Counted from the first letter of the stretch, positions 54,899 to 64,000 are shown. The stretch: 64,000 bases of DNA from Patescibacteria group bacterium (GCA_041660305.1 JBAZWO010000001.1:354268-418267); one strand, 5' to 3'. Numbers and translations are program-made. The notes: generated by a model not told the origin, from the letters alone.

Positions 54899-56149
54899 TT
54901 ATAATATCTGACAATCTTGCGAATAAGGATTATAAAGCAAATACGTTTGTAATATATTAGCGGCTATATTCATGCGTTCAGTAATAGAAGACGCTGGAAT
55001 ATGTAACTCCCAAATAGTTCCTTTTAACACATTATTTAAATGCAATTTTTGTGTCACTAGCTTACCTGTATAATCATTAATATCCCGCACTAACACATTT
55101 ACTGTATCCGGTGCCGCCTGCCATTTTAATTCATATTGTTCCTGTGTAGCGTTAACTAGTAAATTTGTTTTTACTAACTGCGTAGTTAATGTTGGTAATG
55201 TTGCCTCATTAGCATTATGCCAAATTTCCCAATAGCCTTTGCACGTTATTGTTACGTTATAGCCTAGTTGTTGCAATACTTGTTCAGCCATAGCCGCTTG
55301 GTTAACCAATTGTGGTGCAGTAACATAAATATCTAAACTAGTAGTAGCAGCTTGATAGCGCTTAATTAAAGCTGTACCGGATTGCCAATGTAACGACTGG
55401 GCTACTGGCACAAAATTTTGTTCTAATGATTTACGTAATCCAGCCATTAATACTGTACCGGTTTCTTCTCGTTCTATTTCCGGAATATAGCCTAAGATGT
55501 TACCAGCTGGATTACAGATACCAGCAATACTCTCAATGGCACCGTTTGGATTAGCAGGAAATTCATTAGTTATAGTACCATTAGCCACGCAATATTTAAA
55601 CACAATTTGATGATTATGTTCTAATTCGGTTAATAACGTTTCTGGAAATAAAAATCGCCCAGCCCCATCAGCTACTCGAGCCGCCAACACTATATTTTGA
55701 GTCAAACCATTCGTAAATACAGTACGTACTGCTGGTGTAACCATTTTTATATAAACCGCTTCATGATACAAGCCTACCCCCAAAACATCTTGACCTTGTT
55801 TACGAACATTTAAAGCTGTAGCTCCGGCTAAAGCCTGCTGAGTTACTCCGGGCAATAAGCCAGCCTCAATTAATATTTGGCAACCATTGCCAATCCCTAA
55901 AACTGGTTTACCTTGTTGTGCTAACTGTTTTATCTTTTGCATGATCAACGAACGAGCCGCTATTACACCCGGCCTAATTCTATCACCATAGGAAAAGCCA
56001 GCTGGTAATATGATAGCCGCCGCATTATCTAACTTATTTACTTCGTGCCACAATACCCGCTGCGTAGCTAATCCAACGCTGTTCGCCGCTCGTTCGATTT
56101 CGGCTACACCGGTAGTGCCTGGAAAATGAATAATGGCAATTTGGGACAT
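54899..56149 (-). CDS. PurQ-like (FGAM synthase glutaminase-fold) protein with substituted catalytic residues and a roughly 190-aa C-terminal extension
   Basis: IAIIHFPGT...ILPAGFSYGD...GKPVLGIGNGCQILIEAGLLPG aligns with PurQ. Canonical GxCNGFQ is GIGNGCQ here, and canonical MPHPER is IPEIER. The extension has two segments that look loosely PurS-like. Confidence 0.65.
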   Translation of the reverse strand: MSQIAIIHFPGTTGVAEIERAANSVGLATQRVLWHEVNKLDNAAAIILPAGFSYGDRIRPGVIAARSLIMQKIKQLAQQGKPVLGIGNGCQILIEAGLLPGVTQQALAGATALNVRKQGQDVLGVGLYHEAVYIKMVTPAVRTVFTNGLTQNIVLAARVADGAGRFLFPETLLTELEHNHQIVFKYCVANGTITNEFPANPNGAIESIAGICNPAGNILGYIPEIEREETGTVLMAGLRKSLEQNFVPVAQSLHWQSGTALIKRYQAATTSLDIYVTAPQLVNQAAMAEQVLQQLGYNVTITCKGYWEIWHNANEATLPTLTTQLVKTNLLVNATQEQYELKWQAAPDTVNVLVRDINDYTGKLVTQKLHLNNVLKGTIWELHIPASSITERMNIAANILQTYLLYNPYSQDCQIL

Positions 56150-56301
56150 ATAATTAATATATAGTTTACCTTATTTAACAGATAAATGGTACTCTTCACT
56201 ACACTCCACTACTCACCTCTGCTTCGCATGAAGCTACGCAGGAGCTGAACACTGGGAAGTGCCTGTAGGTGGGAATTGTGACAGGCAACACGTGGAACTG
56301 G

Positions 56302-56880
56302 CTATTCCGAATTACAAAACTCGATAGCCAGCTCGCGGACTTTTTGCCAATTAGCCGGCTCATCTTTTGAGCCTATAATTAAGCGTCCGCTTTGAGAAAC
56401 GATCAGTACACTACGCGCGGCGGCTGCATGCCGCGTGATAACATCGACCACCTCTTCGGCCGGCAGAAGGCCGAGCGCTCCCAGCATCAATATGCCGGTG
56501 GCTGCATGATTAAAATCATGCGTATAAAAAACGAACCGCTGGTTTTTTGGTATCTTGTTCGCCAACAAGATACCGTAAGGAGTATGATCACACCACCCCT
56601 CTTTCACATCTTCCCACCACTCCTGAATTTCAGGAACGGTTGCGTAAGCCTCCGGCATTTTTCGCCGAAAGGCTTCTTGTTTCAGCGCTTCCAGCTCACA
56701 CTTAAGCTGGATTCCTCGATCAGGAAGATCGATGTCTAGCACTACAGCCCGAAAAATTACCCAGTCCATACGCCGAATAAACGGCAGTGTTTCTTCCGCA
56801 TTCGTGACTACAAAAACATCATCCCATTCGGGTATAATGTTTATGTGATCTTCAACCCAGAGAATCCTTTCTGTTTTCAT
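56302..56880 (-). CDS. hypothetical 192-aa protein, faint receiver-like N-terminus, GC-rich
   Basis: ILWVEDH...VVLDIDLPD loosely recalls REC domains. Composition is clearly GC-richer than the flanking pur genes. Confidence 0.5.
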   Translation of the reverse strand: MKTERILWVEDHINIIPEWDDVFVVTNAEETLPFIRRMDWVIFRAVVLDIDLPDRGIQLKCELEALKQEAFRRKMPEAYATVPEIQEWWEDVKEGWCDHTPYGILLANKIPKNQRFVFYTHDFNHAATGILMLGALGLLPAEEVVDVITRHAAAARSVLIVSQSGRLIIGSKDEPANWQKVRELAIEFCNSE

Positions 56881-57138
56881 AAAAACTCCTAATTTTCAAT
56901 GAACAAAAATTCTTAGAAACCATTCCTAAGAACTAAGTAAGTATAAATAGCAATTAATATAATGTTTATACTATTACCAACAGTATGTGCAAATATTGCT
57001 ATTTTAGCCTTTATTTGCTATACTAATATTGTCGATATAATTTCCACAACAACTATGATATCCACAGCGAGTTTTGACTCACCAGACATATCTAAAATCC
57101 AATCTTAAATATGTCTGGCAAAATCATAATTATACAAC

Positions 57139-57167
57139 TTGACTAATTTAATTTAATAGATTAAAAT
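57139..57167 (+). promoter_or_regulatory. sigma70-like promoter positioned for a leaderless mRNA
   Basis: TTGACT (57139-44), 17 nt, TAAAAT (57162-67), 6 nt, then ATG 57174. Confidence 0.5.
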
Positions 57168-57173
57168 AGCCAT

Positions 57174-58400
57174 ATGTATATTACTCGTTACATTGAGAAA
57201 ACAATCCTTGAAATCACCAAATCTTTTAAGGTACTATACCTTGGCGGTCCAAGACAGGTGGGGAAAACCACTGTTTTGAAACATTTGGCAGAAAAACAGC
57301 AAAGAAACTATGTAACGTTAGATAACTTAAATGATAGGAACTTAGCCAAAAAAGATCCTGAACTTTTTTTACAAAAATATCCAGCGCCACTGTTTATTGA
57401 TGAAGTACAATATGCTCCGGATTTATTTTCCTACATTAAAATTCGAGTTGATCAATCACAAATAAATGGTAGTTACTGGCTAACCGGTTCTCAACAATTT
57501 CGTGTCATGAAAAATGTGCATGAATCTCTAGCTGGACGAGTTGGTATTATACAGTTATTAGGTTTATCTAATGCTGAAATTGATAGGAAACCTTTTTTAT
57601 CACAACCTTTCTTGCCAAGCAGCCAACCACTGTCTCCACAATTTTTAACGTCTTTGGGAAGTATTAATCCAATCTTTAATAAAATACTAACTGGATTTTT
57701 CCCCTATTTTTGGCGTAACAACGTTACTGACAGAACTACGTTTTATAATTCATATCTGCAAAGTTATATTGAACGTGATTTGCAAGCTATCTTTGGCCTC
57801 ACAAAATTAGCTGAATTTCAAACCTTTATCAGGTTATGCGCCGCTAGATCTGGTCAATTATTGAATTATTCCGAGTTAGCCAAGGATAGCGACATTTCAG
57901 TACATGCTGCTAAAGAATGGCTCAGTATTTTACAAAGCACTATGCAAGTGTATTTATTACGACCTTATTATCGTAACTTCTCTAAACGCTTAATTAAGGC
58001 ACCAAAACTGTACTTTTTGGATACTGGTTTAGCAACTCACTTAACTAAATGGCCAGACGCACAAACGTTGCAGGCCGGAGCCATGGCTGGATCTTTTTTT
58101 GAAACTTATGTAATAAGTGAAATTATTAAAAGCTATTTGTTTCGTGGCCTTGAACCACCATTATCGTATTTCCGTGATAAAGAAGGTCATGAAGTAGACT
58201 TATTAATTGAATCTGGACAAAAAGTTTACCCAGTTGAAGTAAAATTAGCTAGTCGAGTGCAAACCAAAGATATTCCAAGTATGTTCTATTTACAGAAAAA
58301 GTTACCTAATTGTGCTGATGGTGGAGTCATTTGTTTATCACCTCAACGCTATCCGATTACACGAGGCATTGATGCTATACCTGTTGAAGAAATTCAATAA
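57174..58400 (+). CDS. AAA-type ATPase with DUF4143-like C-terminal domain
   Basis: Walker A GGPRQVGKTT, Walker B LFIDEVQ, and a C-terminal E.DLL...(restriction-endonuclease-like) region typical of the AAA_14/DUF4143 family. Confidence 0.75.
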   Translation: MYITRYIEKTILEITKSFKVLYLGGPRQVGKTTVLKHLAEKQQRNYVTLDNLNDRNLAKKDPELFLQKYPAPLFIDEVQYAPDLFSYIKIRVDQSQINGSYWLTGSQQFRVMKNVHESLAGRVGIIQLLGLSNAEIDRKPFLSQPFLPSSQPLSPQFLTSLGSINPIFNKILTGFFPYFWRNNVTDRTTFYNSYLQSYIERDLQAIFGLTKLAEFQTFIRLCAARSGQLLNYSELAKDSDISVHAAKEWLSILQSTMQVYLLRPYYRNFSKRLIKAPKLYFLDTGLATHLTKWPDAQTLQAGAMAGSFFETYVISEIIKSYLFRGLEPPLSYFRDKEGHEVDLLIESGQKVYPVEVKLASRVQTKDIPSMFYLQKKLPNCADGGVICLSPQRYPITRGIDAIPVEEIQ

Positions 58401-58402
58401 TT

Positions 58403-59164
58403 ATGATTTCAACAACCATTTTTGAACAACTAGGCTTTTCTCCCAAAGAAACAGCAGTCTATTTAGCCCTGCTGGAATTGGACTCTGCCACGCCAACAGA
58501 AATTAGTAAAAAAACTAGCTTGAATAGAACTAGTTGTTACGATGTACTCGAAAGCCTTATGAAAAAAGGCTTAATTAGCAAATTCAAAAAGAAGAGCAAA
58601 ATTTACTTTCATGCGGGAGACCCGAAGCGATTAATTCACTATTTGGAACGTGAACGGGAAGAATTTGATAAAAAAATCAAAACTCAGCAACAACTAGTTG
58701 AACAAGTGTTGCCTGAATTAGCTTCGTTATTACATCCGCAAAGCACTAAACCTAAAGTAACGTTTTATGAAGGAGAAAAAGGCATGCGGGAAGCCTATGA
58801 AGATACGCTCAACGCTAAAGAAACGATTTTAGCCTATGCCAATGTGGAAACCATGCATGAAGGCTTGCCGAATTTTTTTCCTGAATATTACGCTCGGCGC
58901 GCTAAAGCCAAAATAGCGATTAAAGCTATTATGCCCAAAAACGTTTCCTCTATTGAACGGGCGACTAAAGACAAAACCGAATTACGGGAATCTGTATTGT
59001 TGCCTGATGTTACAACAACATTTTCACCTGAAGTGAATATTTACAACGATAAAGTATTGATCGCTTCGTGGAAAGAAAAAATAGCGGTGGTAATTGAATC
59101 TCGTGAGTTTGCCCAGTTGCAGAAATTAATTTATCAGCTGGTGTGGCAAAGTTTGAAACATTAA
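58403..59164 (+). CDS. TrmB-family transcriptional regulator
   Basis: N-terminal wHTH LGFSPKETAVYLALLELDSATPTEISKKTSLNRTSCYDVLESLMKKGLI. It starts 2 nt after the ATPase stop. Confidence 0.7.
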   Translation: MISTTIFEQLGFSPKETAVYLALLELDSATPTEISKKTSLNRTSCYDVLESLMKKGLISKFKKKSKIYFHAGDPKRLIHYLEREREEFDKKIKTQQQLVEQVLPELASLLHPQSTKPKVTFYEGEKGMREAYEDTLNAKETILAYANVETMHEGLPNFFPEYYARRAKAKIAIKAIMPKNVSSIERATKDKTELRESVLLPDVTTTFSPEVNIYNDKVLIASWKEKIAVVIESREFAQLQKLIYQLVWQSLKH

Positions 59165-60343
59165 TTATACCTGCGCTAACTTTTCTAACTGCTTTCGATA
59201 GATTTTGATATTAATTGATTTATTAGCTGCTTTAGCCACGACACTCGAAACTTCTACGAGTAACCTTGGATCAAACGGTTTAGGCAACAAATAATCTTTA
59301 CTAAATGATAAGCGTTTTAATTTGTACGCCTTTAATACAGTTTTAGGTACTGGTTGGTGAGCTAGCTTTGCTAACGCGTAAGTAGCGGCTAGTTTCATGT
59401 GTTCAGTAATAGTGGTAGCTCGTACATCTAAGGCGGCTCGAAAAATAAAGGGAAAGCCTAGTACATTATTGATTTGATTCGGCCTATCACTTCGACCGGT
59501 AGCAAGAATAATGTCCGGACGAGATTGTTTAGCGAGTTCATAACTAATTTCTGGATCTGGATTAGCCAAAGCAAACACAATTGGATTAGCGGCCATACTT
59601 TTTAACATAGCGGACGTAACAATATTGGCTACGGATAAGCCTACAAACACATCGGCACCAATTAAATAACCTGCTAATTTACTAATCGTTTGTTTATTTA
59701 CTACCTTTATATTTTGTGGCTTAACACCTAGTTGAATATAAAAATTTTTGCAAGCGGTACCGGCGGCACCAGCGCCGGAAAATACGACCCTGATTTTCTT
59801 GATGTCTTTTTTGATTAATGCTAAGGCGTTTAATAATGCGGCGCCAGATACAATAGCGGTACCGTGTTGATCATCGTGAAACACGGGAATAGAGCAGCGT
59901 TTTTTTAAGGCTTGTTCTATTTCAAAACAAGCCGGCGCGGCAATATCTTCTAAATTAATGCCGCCAAAACTATCGGCTAAACTGGCTACAATGTTAATGA
60001 ATTTTTTTGGATCACGTTCATTAATCTCTAAATCAATCGCGTCGATACCCGCAAATTTTTTAAATAATACACACTTTCCTTCCATTACCGGCTTACTAGC
60101 TAAAGCGCCGGTATTACCTAACCCTAACACTGCCGTGCCATTACTAATTACCGCCACCAAATTTGCTTTGTTGGTATACCGATAAGCTAACGCTGGATTA
60201 CGTACAATGGCTTTAACTGGTTCAGCCACACCTGGCGTATAAGCTAATGCTAAATCATGCTGCGTAGTACAAGGCTTGGTAATTTGCATACCGATTTTTC
60301 CAGCCGGTTTTTTTTCATGATACCGTAAAGCAGCTTGTTTCAT
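59165..60343 (-). CDS. NAD(P)-dependent malic enzyme (short form)
   Basis: DLALAYTPGVAEP, FHDDQHGTAIV, the Rossmann motif GAGAAG, 392 aa. Confidence 0.85.
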   Translation of the reverse strand: MKQAALRYHEKKPAGKIGMQITKPCTTQHDLALAYTPGVAEPVKAIVRNPALAYRYTNKANLVAVISNGTAVLGLGNTGALASKPVMEGKCVLFKKFAGIDAIDLEINERDPKKFINIVASLADSFGGINLEDIAAPACFEIEQALKKRCSIPVFHDDQHGTAIVSGAALLNALALIKKDIKKIRVVFSGAGAAGTACKNFYIQLGVKPQNIKVVNKQTISKLAGYLIGADVFVGLSVANIVTSAMLKSMAANPIVFALANPDPEISYELAKQSRPDIILATGRSDRPNQINNVLGFPFIFRAALDVRATTITEHMKLAATYALAKLAHQPVPKTVLKAYKLKRLSFSKDYLLPKPFDPRLLVEVSSVVAKAANKSINIKIYRKQLEKLAQV

Positions 60344-60345
60344 AA

Positions 60346-60912
60346 TTAAGCCGATAATAAACTAGCTAAACGCTGTTTAGATTTCACTTCCACATTTTTA
60401 AATAGATTATTTCCCTTGGTATCGATAGCGCAAATTACTGGAAAATCTTTTACTTGTAGCTCCCAAATAGCATCTGTCATGCCAAATTCGGTTTTATACA
60501 CATTTAATACTTTGGTAATACAATGCGCGTATAATACCGCGGCCCCACCAATAGCGGTGCAATAAATACCTTTGTGTAATAATTGCTCTTGCACTGCTAC
60601 ATTCATACCACCTTTACCAACAATGGCTTTAAGTTGATATTTTTTTAATAACTCCGGTGTATAATAATCAAACCGGGCACTAGTAGTTGGGCCAGCGGCT
60701 AAAATATGAAAATTCTTATCGATCTGTTCGTACATCGGCCCACAATGATACAACACGGCACCGTGTAACGGCTTAAAATTGTGCTGTAACAACCAACGAT
60801 GGGCTTTATCTCGTGCCGTAAAAAAACTGCCCGTAAACAACACTTCATCACCAAACCGGACTTGTTTTATTTCGCTTAATTTAGCGTTGGTATTTAAATG
60901 AATAATAGCCAT
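60346..60912 (-). CDS. class I (Fe-S) fumarate hydratase, beta subunit
   Basis: GDEVLFTGSFFTARDKAH, GPTTSAR, GKGGM. 188 aa. Confidence 0.8.
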   Translation of the reverse strand: MAIIHLNTNAKLSEIKQVRFGDEVLFTGSFFTARDKAHRWLLQHNFKPLHGAVLYHCGPMYEQIDKNFHILAAGPTTSARFDYYTPELLKKYQLKAIVGKGGMNVAVQEQLLHKGIYCTAIGGAAVLYAHCITKVLNVYKTEFGMTDAIWELQVKDFPVICAIDTKGNNLFKNVEVKSKQRLASLLSA

Positions 60913-60924
60913 TATTTTTTAAAT

Positions 60925-61812
60925 TTACGGTAAAATTAATGTGGCTCGACGCATACTCCAACAGCCCACTGATACGCCTACAAACCAAGACGCTGGATGT
61001 ACATAACGTACCGTACTTTTTACAGACAAAGCCGTAGTATTGCCACCTATACCCATAGGGCCAATGCCTAGTTGATTAATTTTTTTTAGTAAGCGCTTTT
61101 CTAACGCCGCTAATTTTGGTTCTTTATTGTGTGCGGCCAAGGGTAAAATATGCCGGTTTTTAGCACGATAACTAGCTTCTTCCATGTTACCACATACCGC
61201 CACACCAATAATATAAGGTGGGCAACCTCGCCCTTGGGCTCGCATTACAGTATCTAACACGCAGCGCTCAATACCAGCTAAATCACGCTCCGCATTAATA
61301 CTGACATCTGGTAGCTGATATACGCGCGATACATTTTCCGAACCACCGCCTTTTAATAATAATTGAATTACCGTACGATCTTTAGTTTCTTTAAAATAAA
61401 TCACTGGATAATTACCTACTACTTTTCCAGTAATAATATCTAACGCATTCGCTCGTAATGGCACATGTTGAGTGGCTAAGGTAGTAGCGTCTTTAATTAG
61501 TCGTTTTAAATCGAGTTGTTTATATTTTTTACTTTGATATTGCACATATAGTAATGGTATCCCAGTATCCTGACACAGTGAGCGATGTTCAGTTTTAGCT
61601 AATGCAATATTATGTAGCATGGTTTTTAATACATGTTTAGCGCGTGGCTCGTGTTCTTTACGCAAACTTTGGGTGAGAGCCGTTACTACATCACTAGGTA
61701 ATTCATGAATAGCTACCCGATATAAATCCTGCAGCGCTGGCAATAAAGCTGATCGTGTTGGCTTGCCTTTAAAAATGAGTGTATTACCTTGTTGTATTAT
61801 TTTGTTTACCAT
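60925..61812 (-). CDS. class I (Fe-S) fumarate hydratase, alpha subunit
   Basis: CQDTGIPLLYV, LKGGGSEN, GCPPYIIGV. ATG 61812 overlaps the upstream stop by 7 nt. Confidence 0.8.
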   Translation of the reverse strand: MVNKIIQQGNTLIFKGKPTRSALLPALQDLYRVAIHELPSDVVTALTQSLRKEHEPRAKHVLKTMLHNIALAKTEHRSLCQDTGIPLLYVQYQSKKYKQLDLKRLIKDATTLATQHVPLRANALDIITGKVVGNYPVIYFKETKDRTVIQLLLKGGGSENVSRVYQLPDVSINAERDLAGIERCVLDTVMRAQGRGCPPYIIGVAVCGNMEEASYRAKNRHILPLAAHNKEPKLAALEKRLLKKINQLGIGPMGIGGNTTALSVKSTVRYVHPASWFVGVSVGCWSMRRATLILP

Positions 61813-63851
61813 ACATTTTGTGGCCAACCTCTTAACCAACTATCAGCTAACTCTCCAACGGGTATATTTAATATTGTAACATTACCATTACGCAAGATAA
61901 ATAACTCATCGGCTCGAATTTGCCCAATCGGATAAACTGTTAATTGCTGAGCTTGAGCCTGACGTTGTAATGATGGTAATAACCGCGGATCTACTTCGAT
62001 AACAAATCCACTGGTTTCAGAAAATAGTTTTTGAGTAACAGTTAAGTCAGTATCTGGTATAGCTAATAAATTAATATCTATACCCGTACGTAATTTACCG
62101 GCTGCTCCATAACACATATCAGCTAATGTTTTAAATAAACCACCCCTACTAATACTATGGCAAGTTGGCACTAACCGTTCTGTAATAATATTTTGTATAA
62201 ATGATAATTGCATTTTTATGTTAGTGAGTTCTGGTTGTGGCAATGTTTTGCCTAATTCATTGTAAAGCGTATATAAAATAGATCCACCTAATTCTTTTTT
62301 GCGTTTACCAATTAAACAGATGGTATTACCTGGCTGAATAAAATCTAACGTCACGGCATTAGCAGCATCATTAATTTTACCAAAACCAGTAACTACTACT
62401 GGCCATGGATTAAGACTAGTTTGTAATTTTTCTGGTGCATACCAACCAGTCCGCTGTGATATGATTGGTAATTGTAAAGCTTGCACTGCCATATTAATAC
62501 CACGGACTTGTTCACTCCAGCTTAACTCTAAGGTATCTTGTTCAGCTTGCGTATAATCAACTGCTAAACACCAGGGCTGAGCACCGGTAGCCGCTATTTG
62601 ACATGCACTGGTCACTACGGCATTTACCGCCTGCCAATATGGTGAGATAGCCGCTTGACGCACATTGCTAGCCAAACTAACAGCTATGCCTACACTAGAG
62701 CCTTGTTCTAATAACGGTGCTATAATACCAGCGTCCGCTTGCTTAATTTCTAACACGGTATGACCGCCTACTGTAGTATCGTATTGCTGTTGTTTAGCAA
62801 AATTAGCGGCCAATTCTGGATGAGCAATAAAACGCATGGCTATTTGCTCCATATTCTGCACTTCTTCCCAAGCCGGTTCAGTAGTACGCACCAACCAAGT
62901 ACCTGTTGACATATTTAATGACGGCCTGGTTGTAATTTGTGCACCAGGTTTATTATTAATCATTATAGTCTGGTTACCGGCCTGAATAACACCTAAATTG
63001 TATACTTGCGCCGCACTAACTAAATCCGCTAATTTCCAGGTTGTCTGAAAATATTGTTGCACCGTATTTACTAAATTATCCGGCACTAATAATATTAACC
63101 CTGTAACTGCTGCATTGAGTAGATTTGGCGTATTTAGTTCCGCAGTTTCTGTGCAAGTAATTTGGGCGCTAGCTCCTACTGTAGTTTGTAGTAATTGCAA
63201 AACAGTACCTAATATACCATTAGTTCCCACTGGTCTAGTGTTGATTTGTTCGCTGTTAGGTAAAGTAGCTATGGCTGCTAATAAATGTTGGCTTAATAAT
63301 GCATCAGTTTGTTTAGCAAAACTGCCCACAAAAATAATCTGGGTTCCAATAATATTAGCTTGTTCTGTTTTTATTACAGTCTGAGCTGGTATACTAAATA
63401 AACCAAGCGCACCGGCTTGTACTAAACAACGCTCACTCACTAACGGTGAAAAACCAAACCAAGCGGCTTGTTGTGCCACACCACAATAGCTACTTAATAT
63501 ACCACTACCCTTGGCGGCTTGTTGCCAAGTTTGTGCCATACCAACATGGCTATGATAAGCACTAATGGGTCGAGCTCGAGCACAAGCTACTTCGTGTAAT
63601 ACTTGCTTAGCTAATTGCCAACTAGTTTCCTGTACATTAGTTAATTTTGGACAAACCGCTTGACTAGCTACTACTAAATAATAATGTGTTTGTTGAATGG
63701 TATCTAACCAAATTACTCCTACCTGCTGATCGGTTCCTAAACGTTGCCCAGGTACTGTAGTTTTAAATGGCGGCGTTACAGCATAATGTTGCTGCAACAA
63801 AGTAGTTCTAGCTATTTTTTTTTGTATATCAATTAAAACATCTTCCGCCAT
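61806..63851 (-). CDS. highly divergent PurL-like (AIR-synthase-fold) protein
   Basis: The C-terminal half retains PurL-like strings (CHSISRGGLFKTLADMCYG; LFSETSGFVIEV). The position of the canonical ESHNHPS motif reads ASQAVCP. Confidence 0.55.
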   Translation of the reverse strand: MAEDVLIDIQKKIARTTLLQQHYAVTPPFKTTVPGQRLGTDQQVGVIWLDTIQQTHYYLVVASQAVCPKLTNVQETSWQLAKQVLHEVACARARPISAYHSHVGMAQTWQQAAKGSGILSSYCGVAQQAAWFGFSPLVSERCLVQAGALGLFSIPAQTVIKTEQANIIGTQIIFVGSFAKQTDALLSQHLLAAIATLPNSEQINTRPVGTNGILGTVLQLLQTTVGASAQITCTETAELNTPNLLNAAVTGLILLVPDNLVNTVQQYFQTTWKLADLVSAAQVYNLGVIQAGNQTIMINNKPGAQITTRPSLNMSTGTWLVRTTEPAWEEVQNMEQIAMRFIAHPELAANFAKQQQYDTTVGGHTVLEIKQADAGIIAPLLEQGSSVGIAVSLASNVRQAAISPYWQAVNAVVTSACQIAATGAQPWCLAVDYTQAEQDTLELSWSEQVRGINMAVQALQLPIISQRTGWYAPEKLQTSLNPWPVVVTGFGKINDAANAVTLDFIQPGNTICLIGKRKKELGGSILYTLYNELGKTLPQPELTNIKMQLSFIQNIITERLVPTCHSISRGGLFKTLADMCYGAAGKLRTGIDINLLAIPDTDLTVTQKLFSETSGFVIEVDPRLLPSLQRQAQAQQLTVYPIGQIRADELFILRNGNVTILNIPVGELADSWLRGWPQNVW

Positions 63852-63860
63852 AACTAAATA

Positions 63861-64000
63861 TTTAATCTACCGTAATCGTAGCTTTACGTTCAGCACCTAC
63901 CGATACCAACCGAATTGGTGTTTGTGTAGCATCCGCAATAAAAGCTAAATAATCTTTCATCTTTTTTGGTAGTGCTTTATAACCTTTTTGTATAATATCC
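63861..64000 (-). CDS. purA: adenylosuccinate synthetase, C-terminal fragment (gene runs off right edge)
   Basis: My manual translation ...YKALPKKMKDYLAFIADATQTPIRLVSVGAERKATITVD* matches the PurA C-terminal pattern LP..a..Y...IE...g.PI..vS.GP.R..TI. Confidence 0.6.

Overview
AT-rich bacterial chromosome segment. By eye it looks Patescibacteria/CPR-like: small housekeeping genes, a giant surface protein and a Gram-positive-style T4SS remnant. The code is standard, with TGA, TAA and TAG all ending good ORFs. Most genes are on the minus strand.

Gene order, left to right:
- (1) A T4SS-like block at 1-17998. It holds a VirB4-like ATPase (partial), a PrgI/VirB3-like protein, a 592-aa unknown, a 978-aa polytopic membrane/coiled-coil protein, a 3,793-aa secreted Cys-rich protein with vWA and PKD-like parts, and a 241-aa Ca-binding-repeat protein. 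The block is packed with no promoter-sized gap against rsmA/ksgA, tsaC and leuS.
- (2) Housekeeping genes: LysM-M23 peptidase, CheY-like receiver, rsmI, comM, lspA, gmk, pnp, rpsO.
- (3) An accessory stretch from about 32.5 to 49.6 kb. It holds a Xer-like recombinase, a secreted glycosidase plus acyltransferase, VapBC, a GC-rich MopE-repeat/beta-helix lipoprotein, cca and tRNA-Arg(UCU). Downstream of the tRNA sits a small island with tandem uORF/terminator modules, a Fic pseudogene and AbiEi/AbiEii, then a GC-rich alpha/beta hydrolase.
- (4) A purine/fumarate block: purD, purF, purB, an atypical purQ-like gene, two fumarase subunits, malic enzyme, a divergent purL-like gene and the purA 3' end. 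It is interrupted by a GC-rich unknown gene and an ATPase/TrmB pair.

Things the ORF track does not explain:
- A family of GC-rich hairpin / MITE-like repeats at nine or more loci. These repeats create false N- and C-terminal extensions on several ORFs.
- A DUF559 nuclease gene bracketed by 25-bp inverted copies of that repeat.
- A second palindrome family with one in-frame copy inside ksgA.
- A roughly 450-nt promoter-driven structured non-coding region.
- A recurrent promoter geometry implying leaderless mRNAs.

All functional calls rest on motif recognition by eye. No searches were run.
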